Below the pieces are notes generated by a model. That model made no database searches. It saw only the letters and a program-made list of their open reading frames with translations, and was not told the DNA's origin. From the IMG/VR virus record IMGVR_UViG_3300028558_000016, positions 124,001 through 188,000 of that record: a stretch of 64,000 nucleotides of DNA; one strand, given 5' to 3'. Positions 55,275 to 64,000 of the stretch are shown in pieces. Position numbers and translations under genes: made by a program. Positions within the stretch are counted from its first letter, which is position 1, and the number at the start of each line of letters is the position of its first letter.

Positions 55275-58200
55275 ATGTCAACAACACACAATTCAATTTC
55301 TTCATTGCTTGAGCAATTCTTAAGACTACAGAAGAATTCTTTGGAAATTATATCGAAACTCTCTGAGGTTGCAACCTCAAGTGCCGACACAGTTCAGTTC
55401 AACATAACGCAAGATGATGGAACAGTAACACCAATGCAGATTCCTTCGTTCGGTTTCATGAACAACAAAATCGACAGAGTAGATAACAACGTCCAAAATC
55501 TTGCTGGGCTCGGAGATGCGAGCACTATCATAAAGCTTCCTGATGGAACAACCAAGAAAATATTCGAGGCCTCTATAATAAGAGATCCTGATCCGATTCC
55601 AAGCTTACAGGTTCCGCAAGAATTCAAGATCAAGAACAATTGGTTCTTTGAAAGCTTCCTTAACCCGTTGCTTTATGTTTCTTTTGATGTTACTGGAAAA
55701 GTTCCAGACAGCATGAGAAAAGCAGTGGTGAAGAGATTCATCACAAACACAGACACTCAAGAAAAGAAGGATTATTTTGACGGAACGTTCAAGGGAAAAA
55801 ATGACATCGATTACCTTGACTTCCTAAATAAGACTGCTGACAACGGAATAGCATTATTCATAGACGAAGAAATCGTTGACCTTCCTGTTTCTGTAATGAG
55901 ATACAGAGGAACGTTCGACGTTTTAAAAGTTGTTGACGAACAAGTGAACATCACTTCAAATAACACAACTGTCACAGTTAAGAAGAGAAAATACAAGCTT
56001 AACAAAATAACTTACACAGATATTCTTTCTGGAACTGTTGATTCTAAAACAGTTCAATTGAATGACAAGTTGATCACTCAAGATGGAACTTCATACGTTG
56101 TGGATTCTCTTGATGCAGCAGAGAACACTGTTGTGTTAAGAAGAATTTCTGGAAGCCAACCAATTGGTATTGGTGTTGACGTGCTTACAATTTTTTCTCC
56201 TCCATACGCAACTAAAGAAATCCAAGTCAACATTGGGTTTGACGAGAGACAAGTAATATTCTTGAAGCCTATCGATAACAACTTCGATATTGCTGCAAGC
56301 CAATATTCTCCAGGAATTGGATTCTACTCTAACGAGATCAGCATCACTCTTCCAACTGGATCGCAAACATTAAATGATTTTTACAAATCGCAAGTAACTG
56401 ACTTCGGTCAGATATTCATAAACGCTGCGAAGGAAAAACACGTTCCAGCAGTTCATGGTGAAACTCCAGATGCACCAAACCTCGATCCAAACAACTTCAA
56501 GGTCGTTCAGATCAACGCGCACAAGAAGGATACTAAAGAGGTCGATGACATCAAAACTAAATTGTCTTCAAAGGTTTCTCTTGAAAATGAGATCAACCAG
56601 CTTGAAGAAGCAATCACAAGCAAGAAGAATGATTTGAATAACAATTCAAATATTTCTGATGCACAGAAGAAGAAATTAAAATCGGATCTTGACGACCTTT
56701 CAAAACAAAAGTTGAGTAAGACGAATTTATATTCATCTACAGTAAAACAGATAGCGACAAAGACACAGGAAAATCCAAGCATACTTGAACCTGCATTATA
56801 CAGAGTAAGAGGTTTCTGGGCAATTCCTTCTCCGAAGGCAAGCGACAAAACGCAAGACCAAGAAGTAATTCAATTCAGAGTTTCTTATAGAAAAATAAGA
56901 AAAGACGGTAATGCTCCTGGAACTGAACAGATGGAATTTACTGACATCGACGGTTCAAAGAAAAGAGGATACTTCTCTAACTGGGTTGAGAGAAAAAGCG
57001 ATATAAGAAAAAGAATATTTAACACCACGACTGGTTTTTATGAATGGGTGATTGAAGACGTTTCCGACGCCGACACAACAAACATAAACCAATTGGATGT
57101 TGACATCTCAAAGAACGAGCAAGTTCAAATAAGAGTTAAGTCCATAAGCGAGGCAGGTTACCCGTTGAATCCGCAGGAATCTGATTGGAGCAACGTCATC
57201 ACGATTGATTTTCCAAACGATCTTCAATTGACAGATGAATCAGCTGCAATACTTAATGATGCTGCAAAAGAAGATTCAAGAGTTAGATTCCAAGAGGAAT
57301 TAAATTCAAGAGGACTCGATCTTCACTTGTTGAATTCATTCACAAGCGGAGACAAATATTTCGCCCACACAGGCGATGACATAGCATCAGGATTTTTTGA
57401 TTCTGCTGGAAAAATTGTAACACTGTTTGAAAAGCTTACTGATTTACAAAATCAGTTGCAGTCTCTTCAAGCGATCGTTACTCAGGCAAAAGGAACTCTT
57501 GCGATATTCCTTCTCGACGAATCTGGAAACGTGACGAAGATCACTCAGAACTCAACGACGAAAATATTTGCAGGATTCTACAAAGACCTGATCGCATCTG
57601 GAACTGGAACTTCGATAACATACAACCACGGACAGATCATTACGAAGTCTTACATATTGAGAATAGAAAACTCTGCAGCAACAACATTGGAGCTTGCGAG
57701 TTTAATTCCTGGAGGATTGGCAGAGTCAATGCCATTATCAAATCCAGCAGGACCTACTTACACTGTGTCGTTGGATTATGATAAGAACAGAAGATATGAC
57801 GTTGTTCCAATGTCTCTTTCTGGAGTTGCACAAGTCAGCTCAGGAAGCGTGAAGCAAGTTGCTCCGTTCCAATCACAACAGGTTAAAGCTCTTTGGTTAT
57901 ACTCGAGAGAGAAATCAGTTGGATTAGATGAGGATTTATATTTGAATGATGCACCATTTTACGCGCAAGCAATAACGCCTGCGACCATACTTGGTGTTCC
58001 GATAAATCCAACTCCTGGATACATTTATCAAGGAACTACAATTTTCGGAAATTTATATCCTTTGGATGGACATCATCTTGTTCCGTTTGATCCAGGATTC
58101 GTTGGAACTTTCAACGTGGATCCAAACGTTTGGAATGGTGCAGTCATTACAGGAGTTGCTCAAGGAGCTGGAAGACTTTCTGAATTCTGTATTCACAAGA

Positions 58201-58856
58201 GCCATCCAGATTTAGTTGCATTCGGTCCAACTTGGAGCACGACAGAATATCTTACTCCAAACCTTGTACTTGATGGTAGCGGTGGATATTTCATGCAGTA
58301 TCCTAAATTCATGCATGCGCTTTACTTCAGCGAAGATACAACAAGCATCTTTGGCAAGAAGCAATTGCAAACTGCAGTTCCTTTGACAGTGAGCACGACA
58401 TTGAACACTGGTTTGGCAACTGCTCCTGATGACAGAATTTATCCTGCAAAATTAGGATTCTACAAGAACGATGAGTTCCTTGTAGGAAAATATACTTGCG
58501 GAGCTTATTTATACACTGCACCTATTGATTACACAGACATTGCAGTCGATGGATCAACAGATTTGGCTAAGAGACTTCTTGAATTTGGAGAAGCAAAAGG
58601 TATAAACATTCCAATGATATTCCAATTCAGATGTTCTGATAAATTGCAATACGTTGGAGGATTCAGACAAGCTGGAAACATTACAAATATTTCTTATACA
58701 AAGAAAATGGGAATAGATGTTCAAGTAAGAAACGAATCGTTGTTCTCTTTTGACATTGAAGTTTCTTGCAAATATCAACAAGATTCATTAGTGACTCCAG
58801 TATACGTTCCAAACGTTGCGCTTGACAGATTAACTAACATAAGAAATCAGCAATAA
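55275..58856 (+). CDS. Large virion structural protein with coiled coils and Fn3-like region
   Basis: 1193 aa; NWFFESFLNP, YRVRGFWAIP, IRVKSISEAGYP..P.ESDWS; RATATATA upstream. Confidence 0.65.
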   Translation: MSTTHNSISSLLEQFLRLQKNSLEIISKLSEVATSSADTVQFNITQDDGTVTPMQIPSFGFMNNKIDRVDNNVQNLAGLGDASTIIKLPDGTTKKIFEASIIRDPDPIPSLQVPQEFKIKNNWFFESFLNPLLYVSFDVTGKVPDSMRKAVVKRFITNTDTQEKKDYFDGTFKGKNDIDYLDFLNKTADNGIALFIDEEIVDLPVSVMRYRGTFDVLKVVDEQVNITSNNTTVTVKKRKYKLNKITYTDILSGTVDSKTVQLNDKLITQDGTSYVVDSLDAAENTVVLRRISGSQPIGIGVDVLTIFSPPYATKEIQVNIGFDERQVIFLKPIDNNFDIAASQYSPGIGFYSNEISITLPTGSQTLNDFYKSQVTDFGQIFINAAKEKHVPAVHGETPDAPNLDPNNFKVVQINAHKKDTKEVDDIKTKLSSKVSLENEINQLEEAITSKKNDLNNNSNISDAQKKKLKSDLDDLSKQKLSKTNLYSSTVKQIATKTQENPSILEPALYRVRGFWAIPSPKASDKTQDQEVIQFRVSYRKIRKDGNAPGTEQMEFTDIDGSKKRGYFSNWVERKSDIRKRIFNTTTGFYEWVIEDVSDADTTNINQLDVDISKNEQVQIRVKSISEAGYPLNPQESDWSNVITIDFPNDLQLTDESAAILNDAAKEDSRVRFQEELNSRGLDLHLLNSFTSGDKYFAHTGDDIASGFFDSAGKIVTLFEKLTDLQNQLQSLQAIVTQAKGTLAIFLLDESGNVTKITQNSTTKIFAGFYKDLIASGTGTSITYNHGQIITKSYILRIENSAATTLELASLIPGGLAESMPLSNPAGPTYTVSLDYDKNRRYDVVPMSLSGVAQVSSGSVKQVAPFQSQQVKALWLYSREKSVGLDEDLYLNDAPFYAQAITPATILGVPINPTPGYIYQGTTIFGNLYPLDGHHLVPFDPGFVGTFNVDPNVWNGAVITGVAQGAGRLSEFCIHKSHPDLVAFGPTWSTTEYLTPNLVLDGSGGYFMQYPKFMHALYFSEDTTSIFGKKQLQTAVPLTVSTTLNTGLATAPDDRIYPAKLGFYKNDEFLVGKYTCGAYLYTAPIDYTDIAVDGSTDLAKRLLEFGEAKGINIPMIFQFRCSDKLQYVGGFRQAGNITNISYTKKMGIDVQVRNESLFSFDIEVSCKYQQDSLVTPVYVPNVALDRLTNIRNQQ

Positions 58857-58873
58857 GCTGAAATAACATAAGG

Positions 58874-61800
58874 ATGAACTTAAACGATAAAACATCGTCA
58901 TTCGGACTCGTAAGAACGAATCCAAAAATTTCTGGAAACGTCAAGATAACTGTCGACTCAGAAGGTTTGATTTGGTTAAACACCATTGATGCAACCAAAG
59001 AATTGAGCGCGTCAGAATTCAAGAAATTCCGAATAGGAACTACATCTTCTTCTTATGAAGCAGATCTCAAGAAATTTATTGGGAAGCTTCCACCTGCGAT
59101 AGTTTTTGCTGCAAAGGAAAACAAGCCTGATCCAAAGAACACGTCAACGTCGTTCCAGGATCAGTATGATTTCTTCTACAACATGGGAGCTCAAAATCTC
59201 ATAAGCAAATTCTACGATGAGGATTATTCTTATTTTGCGCCGTTGTGGTTGAGGGATGACCTCCCTGAATACTTCGTCATCATGAGAGTAGATGAGCCAC
59301 TTGATTTTCCTTACAATGAAAATGTTCCATCTGGAGAACTTGTGATAGGAAAAAAGTACATCCTTAAAGGAGATGCTGGATTCACAATTAAATACGGATT
59401 GAACACGTTTATAGCAAACGGACAAACGTTCGTTCCGGATGTTTTAAAAGGAACAACATACACCATCACAGCAGGAACAGGTAAGGTAATTGATCTCGAT
59501 GAGAACAAGGACCTTCCAATTAATACGGTGGATCAATTTAAGAACATAGTAAAAAGATCTCACATCATAAAGACTTTCGATCTTGGAGAAAATACCAACA
59601 TCGGTAAGTACATAAGAAATATTGTTAACGGAAAATTATTCCCAACATCACCGATCACTGTTAGATTCGATCAAGGATTAATGACTACTTGGAATGGAGT
59701 TTCTTATGTTGATGGAATCATAACAACCAAAGGAGAACTCCTTGATGATTTCTGGGCAAAGGGACAAACACAAATCGATTTTGAAGAATATGTAACAAAG
59801 GGCTTCGAGAGACACGGAGTCATTTGTCCATATCTATTAAATCTCGAATTCTTATTCGACGACAACGACACTCCGATTTATTCTATTCCAAGATATTTTG
59901 GATTCTATGTTAGCAAGATAGAGCTTGCACAAATGCAACTTGATGGTCAAACATTATACGACAAGAGAAATATTTCTGGAAACACACCGGCTCCAAAAAG
60001 AGCTAACCGTGGATTCAGACAACAGTCTGACGTGTTCTTCCAAAACAACGACAATGGAGTGAGATTGTATTATGAAAATCCAACTCAGGCTGATCCATCA
60101 ATTCCGTTGTTCATACCGAACTCGGATACGTTCATCAACAATTTTGAATCAAGATTCTATTGGATACAAGATAGAAATGGAAATTTCTATTCATTAGACG
60201 AAACAGGAAACACAATATACAACACAGATCCAAACATAAAGGATCTCGTCATAAGAAACAAGTCTGTCGACCTTGGATTATTCGGTGGTCCTGGAGCTGT
60301 GAAGCTTCAAGACAAGGGAAGCTTATTAGCAGACAAGGGAAGATCATACATGGTCATCAGAATAAATTCACAATTGTTTCCCAACGACACGATTAAATTA
60401 TTTTGGAATCTCGGAAATTTAGTAGACTCTCCAGACATAAATGGAAAATATCATGTACTGACCGCGAACGATTTGTCAAAGAGACCGTTCACAGTGCCAG
60501 CAAACGGAACTGTTCTAACAATTGTTGGAATGGATCTTACTGGGCAATACGCAGCAGGCGAGACGATACAAATAAATTACGGAGTAGGAAAATCCGTAGA
60601 AAGAGTTTTAGCAGCAAATCCTGTTTTTGCTTTTGGTAATACTACATTGACCATAAACAATCCTATTGATTTGACCACAACAAGTGGAACAACTCCAATA
60701 GTTCCAGGATGGGGTCCAAAAAGCGCATTGATCTCAGACGACAACGATACAATATATTATCATCCATACGGAACTTTCAACGAGGTTGCTCAATCGATAG
60801 CAAACGCATTCAATTTAATTGAAGACAAAACATTTGATGCAGTTGCGATTGACGATCAGGTTGTCATCAGAATGAGACAAGGAGAAAGCATTTCAAATGG
60901 TTTCTTTTTAATGGCTCAATTGACATTGACGAATGAAATGTTCTTTCAGAATGTTCAATACACTCCAAACACAAAATTCTTCTTTGAAGGAGGTACTGAC
61001 ACAAACCACATAAGATTAAAATTCCCATTCCCTGCAACAGACATATTGAAGGATGGCGAGGTGTTCTTGAAAACAAAAAGAGGTTTATCCAAAATAGCAT
61101 TTGTTGGAAGATACGTTGACGAAGCAGTCAACGCAGTCGGAAGCAGCGAAGTTGGAGATCTTGTTGGCTTCAAAGAATTTGGTGCTTGTTACATCGAGGA
61201 CAATCTCGATGAACCAGTCGTAACAACCATTGGAGAATTCATATCCTACAGCCTGTTTAACATACCTGTTGGATTATTTTCTTTATTCAACATAAAAGAA
61301 ATTGATGGAGATTTCTTCAGTTCTACTTATGCAAGAAGTCCTATAACTGAAGTTCACAGATATTTCGATATTTTAGCAGACACTCAAAGAGTTCTTGTGC
61401 CTGGAAGAAAATATCTTCTTAAATCAGAAAATCCTACTGACACAATAAGTTATCTTGGAAACACGATAACAGCTACTCCTAACGGAACTGTGTTCACAGC
61501 AGGAATTACATTTGGAGAATTAAGTGGAACTGGCGATGGAGTAAATACAAACTTCCAATTTAATATTTTATATCCTGCTGCAGAAGCAGGTTCAGTAGTT
61601 ATATTTGCAGGTTTAGAAACTTTCACAGATAATGGAAATGGATTCTTAACAAGCAACTTGACAGGAACTGGAACAATTGATTATGAAACAGGCGCTGTGA
61701 ACATCACGTTCTTTTCTCCTGTTCCTAACTTCACTCCTATATTCAGCGTGTACAACAGTCTTGCCGGTTTCACGGTTACTTCTGGAAACCCAATAGTTGT

Positions 61801-64000
61801 TGCACAGATATTCCATGCAGCACACGTGCTGCCAACACCATTCATCGTAACGTTGGATCCTACTCACACTTATGTTGTGTATGGGGACTCAACTGAATCT
61901 GTGTTTGATTCAACTCTTGCACAAATATTTGCTTCATTCTCTGGAAGTTTTGCATTAACAGCTGGTTCAACTTGGTATATGCCTGGAACTGGAAATCCAT
62001 TGGTCATTGACATAAACAAATTCATATTGGATGAAGACCTAAAAGCATTTTCAGGATTCTGGACGTTCAAGGATCTGGTTGACGTAAACGACAACACAGA
62101 CACAACAACAATAGAATTCACCAATAGAGAGAAATTTATTCACCATAACATTAATCTCGAATATGATTATTTAAAAGAGAATTTCTCGAAAGAGGAAGCC
62201 GTCAAATCGAGAATATTCCCAAGCATTTCAAAATGGGTTTATCAAGGTGGAGATGACATAAGAGACAATCCATATAGGTTGAACACACATCCTGTATTTG
62301 GAGCAATGAATTTTTCTCCAAGTTCAGTTATAAGAACTCAGGACCCGCAAGGTTTCTCACATGAGTGGCCGTATCTTGAACAACCGCCTCAACAATATCC
62401 AAGCGGATTATTGAAGGACAACTATTATTTCTTCTATGACAAGATTGATCTTGCACAGATCAAGGATGCAAATCCTTTGAACCCTGATTACTTCACAGAG
62501 TATTTCACTTTCCAACCAGCAGTCGACACTCCTGATCAAGAAAGATATGATATATTCAAATTCAATGGAGAAACTGGATTGTGTGAAACTTTCTTCAGAG
62601 GAGTTAAGATAAGAATCAAGGAAGTAATCAAAGACACAAAGATTACTCAAATACAAGGAATCAAACCTCCGTTCAAAGACAGATCAACGAGATTTGAAGG
62701 ATACAAGTTTTCTGTATTGTTAAGACCAATCAAACAGGATCCTAATTCCATTCAAGCACCTGTAACTTTTAATTTGATCGAAAACAAAACTCATCAAACT
62801 TTATTGTTTGTGATCGACCTCGTCATTGAAGATTACAGAACTTTGACTTTATTAAATCCAGATGATTTAGGAGATTACGGATCACCAGTAATAAACTACC
62901 CAGACCGTCTTGAGTCTCACATCGATTATCTTCTTCTTTATTCTATGAAGTCGAAGAAGAGCGAAAAATTATCTGACGACTCAGCATCCATATTCATACG
63001 TGGTTTGGATGGACATGATTTCGGAGACATCAAATTGTCAATGGGAATTAATGCTTCATCACCGAGTGGATTGATTGGTGGTTTCACTGTTATAAATGTG
63101 TTCGATAATCCTGACTATGATTGGGATTTAAGAGATGAATTCAAAAATTTCAATAAGGAAAATATTCTTACTGGAGAATTCATATTTGGTAACACTAAGT
63201 TCCCATATCCGTTACAGGTAAATCAAACCCAAATATTCTTTGGATTAACTGGAAACTTAGGTTATCCGCAAGATCCGCTAACTGCATATCCAAATTTCGA
63301 AGCTCCTATTGCAAACAACATATTCATTCCATACGGATCCGATTTTGACTGGGAATCTTTCCCTTGGACACAGGTTCACGGAGGAAAGCTTTATCTTGAG
63401 CCAATAATGCAGAGACTTGCGTTTGGAAGAATTGCAGAGAAAATAAATCTCTACAGTCCGTTCATTAAGTACAACACATATTTCTGGGACGAAGCTTCTG
63501 CCACAACAAAAGTAAGTCCTAACGAATTTTACATTGAGATAATTGATCCAAGCAAGATAACAAAAACAGAAGCAGTTCTTCCTCAAATAGACGAAGACAA
63601 GCCAGAAGAATTCAAGAACGAATCGACAATCGGTGTTGACTTTGTAAAAGTTGCATACTTTGCAGAAATTTACAGACACTCAGGTCCGTACGAACCTAAG
63701 TTCAGAAACGTTTTATTCTTCAAGGATCAGAAGACCGATATTATCGTTGATGCCAACATTAAATTGGAATTCAAACAAGCAACATTCAATCCGGCTGTTG
63801 ATGGATTTGGATTCATAAACAATCTCGGTTATTTAAAAGTTGCTGACCATGACGTTCTTACTCTTGCAAACAATCCTAAATACGATCCAAGGTATCCGTT
63901 ATTAAACGAGACTCCTATCGATAAGAGAGATTTCTTTACGTTCCAATCAAGTTGGGATCCAGGATTCTGGAGAACATACACGACGAAGAAAGATTTCTTC
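58874..64000 (+). CDS. Giant structural protein, at least 1709 aa, truncated by window end (absent from ORF track)
   Basis: ATG 58874 MNLNDKTSSFGLVRTNPKISGNVKITVDS; same frame spot-checked as coding at 59162, 61502, 62162, 63902; no stop-terminated plus ORF reported in this frame. Confidence 0.85.
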   Translation, partial: MNLNDKTSSFGLVRTNPKISGNVKITVDSEGLIWLNTIDATKELSASEFKKFRIGTTSSSYEADLKKFIGKLPPAIVFAAKENKPDPKNTSTSFQDQYDFFYNMGAQNLISKFYDEDYSYFAPLWLRDDLPEYFVIMRVDEPLDFPYNENVPSGELVIGKKYILKGDAGFTIKYGLNTFIANGQTFVPDVLKGTTYTITAGTGKVIDLDENKDLPINTVDQFKNIVKRSHIIKTFDLGENTNIGKYIRNIVNGKLFPTSPITVRFDQGLMTTWNGVSYVDGIITTKGELLDDFWAKGQTQIDFEEYVTKGFERHGVICPYLLNLEFLFDDNDTPIYSIPRYFGFYVSKIELAQMQLDGQTLYDKRNISGNTPAPKRANRGFRQQSDVFFQNNDNGVRLYYENPTQADPSIPLFIPNSDTFINNFESRFYWIQDRNGNFYSLDETGNTIYNTDPNIKDLVIRNKSVDLGLFGGPGAVKLQDKGSLLADKGRSYMVIRINSQLFPNDTIKLFWNLGNLVDSPDINGKYHVLTANDLSKRPFTVPANGTVLTIVGMDLTGQYAAGETIQINYGVGKSVERVLAANPVFAFGNTTLTINNPIDLTTTSGTTPIVPGWGPKSALISDDNDTIYYHPYGTFNEVAQSIANAFNLIEDKTFDAVAIDDQVVIRMRQGESISNGFFLMAQLTLTNEMFFQNVQYTPNTKFFFEGGTDTNHIRLKFPFPATDILKDGEVFLKTKRGLSKIAFVGRYVDEAVNAVGSSEVGDLVGFKEFGACYIEDNLDEPVVTTIGEFISYSLFNIPVGLFSLFNIKEIDGDFFSSTYARSPITEVHRYFDILADTQRVLVPGRKYLLKSENPTDTISYLGNTITATPNGTVFTAGITFGELSGTGDGVNTNFQFNILYPAAEAGSVVIFAGLETFTDNGNGFLTSNLTGTGTIDYETGAVNITFFSPVPNFTPIFSVYNSLAGFTVTSGNPIVVAQIFHAAHVLPTPFIVTLDPTHTYVVYGDSTESVFDSTLAQIFASFSGSFALTAGSTWYMPGTGNPLVIDINKFILDEDLKAFSGFWTFKDLVDVNDNTDTTTIEFTNREKFIHHNINLEYDYLKENFSKEEAVKSRIFPSISKWVYQGGDDIRDNPYRLNTHPVFGAMNFSPSSVIRTQDPQGFSHEWPYLEQPPQQYPSGLLKDNYYFFYDKIDLAQIKDANPLNPDYFTEYFTFQPAVDTPDQERYDIFKFNGETGLCETFFRGVKIRIKEVIKDTKITQIQGIKPPFKDRSTRFEGYKFSVLLRPIKQDPNSIQAPVTFNLIENKTHQTLLFVIDLVIEDYRTLTLLNPDDLGDYGSPVINYPDRLESHIDYLLLYSMKSKKSEKLSDDSASIFIRGLDGHDFGDIKLSMGINASSPSGLIGGFTVINVFDNPDYDWDLRDEFKNFNKENILTGEFIFGNTKFPYPLQVNQTQIFFGLTGNLGYPQDPLTAYPNFEAPIANNIFIPYGSDFDWESFPWTQVHGGKLYLEPIMQRLAFGRIAEKINLYSPFIKYNTYFWDEASATTKVSPNEFYIEIIDPSKITKTEAVLPQIDEDKPEEFKNESTIGVDFVKVAYFAEIYRHSGPYEPKFRNVLFFKDQKTDIIVDANIKLEFKQATFNPAVDGFGFINNLGYLKVADHDVLTLANNPKYDPRYPLLNETPIDKRDFFTFQSSWDPGFWRTYTTKKDFF

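Noticed and set aside
59144-63679. Minus-strand ORFs in the last 5 kb and other antisense ORFs nested in long genes
   Set aside because: Shadow ORFs opposite well-supported genes
1-64000. Stop-codon recoding (TAG/TGA reassignment) as in some Bacteroidota phages
   Set aside because: Long conserved genes are intact under the standard code, TAG and TGA end plausible genes, and no CTA/TCA suppressor anticodon was found

Overview
This 64 kb window looks like a fragment of a large, AT-rich, T4-like myovirus (jumbo or huge phage), probably infecting a Bacteroidota host. Host evidence is TAnnTTTG promoters and a T9SS-sorted SprB-repeat protein. The standard genetic code fits. (1) 1-7.8 kb is a translation module: 9 tRNA/tRNA-like genes (Asp, 4 with Glu anticodons, 3 Ala, Cys; several atypical), a miniature AlaRS, an archaeal-type AspRS, SmpB, unassigned structured spacers and an RNase P RNA of about 617 nt with an enlarged specificity domain. 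(2) Dda-like helicase, S1-domain protein, DHFR, PhoH, amidoligase and minus-strand accessory blocks. (3) A late/virion region with neck, gp25-like and gp6-like wedge genes and giant structural ORFs, one of which runs off the end and is missing from the ORF track. The most striking signal is about 33 otherwise unrelated plus-strand ORFs that begin with one 10-15 aa leader (consensus MKHIKLFENFLNE). It aligns with the T4 internal-protein capsid-targeting sequence (MKTYQEFIAE) and ends in a gp21-type L/I-x-E cleavage site. I infer a greatly expanded tag-plus-cargo system for packaging and injecting effectors (GNAT, HAD phosphatase, alpha/beta hydrolase, Zn-hydrolase, SH3/KOW-like domains). A RATATATA late-promoter candidate recurs with bimodal spacing to start codons. 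All family calls are motif recognition by eye; no searches were run.
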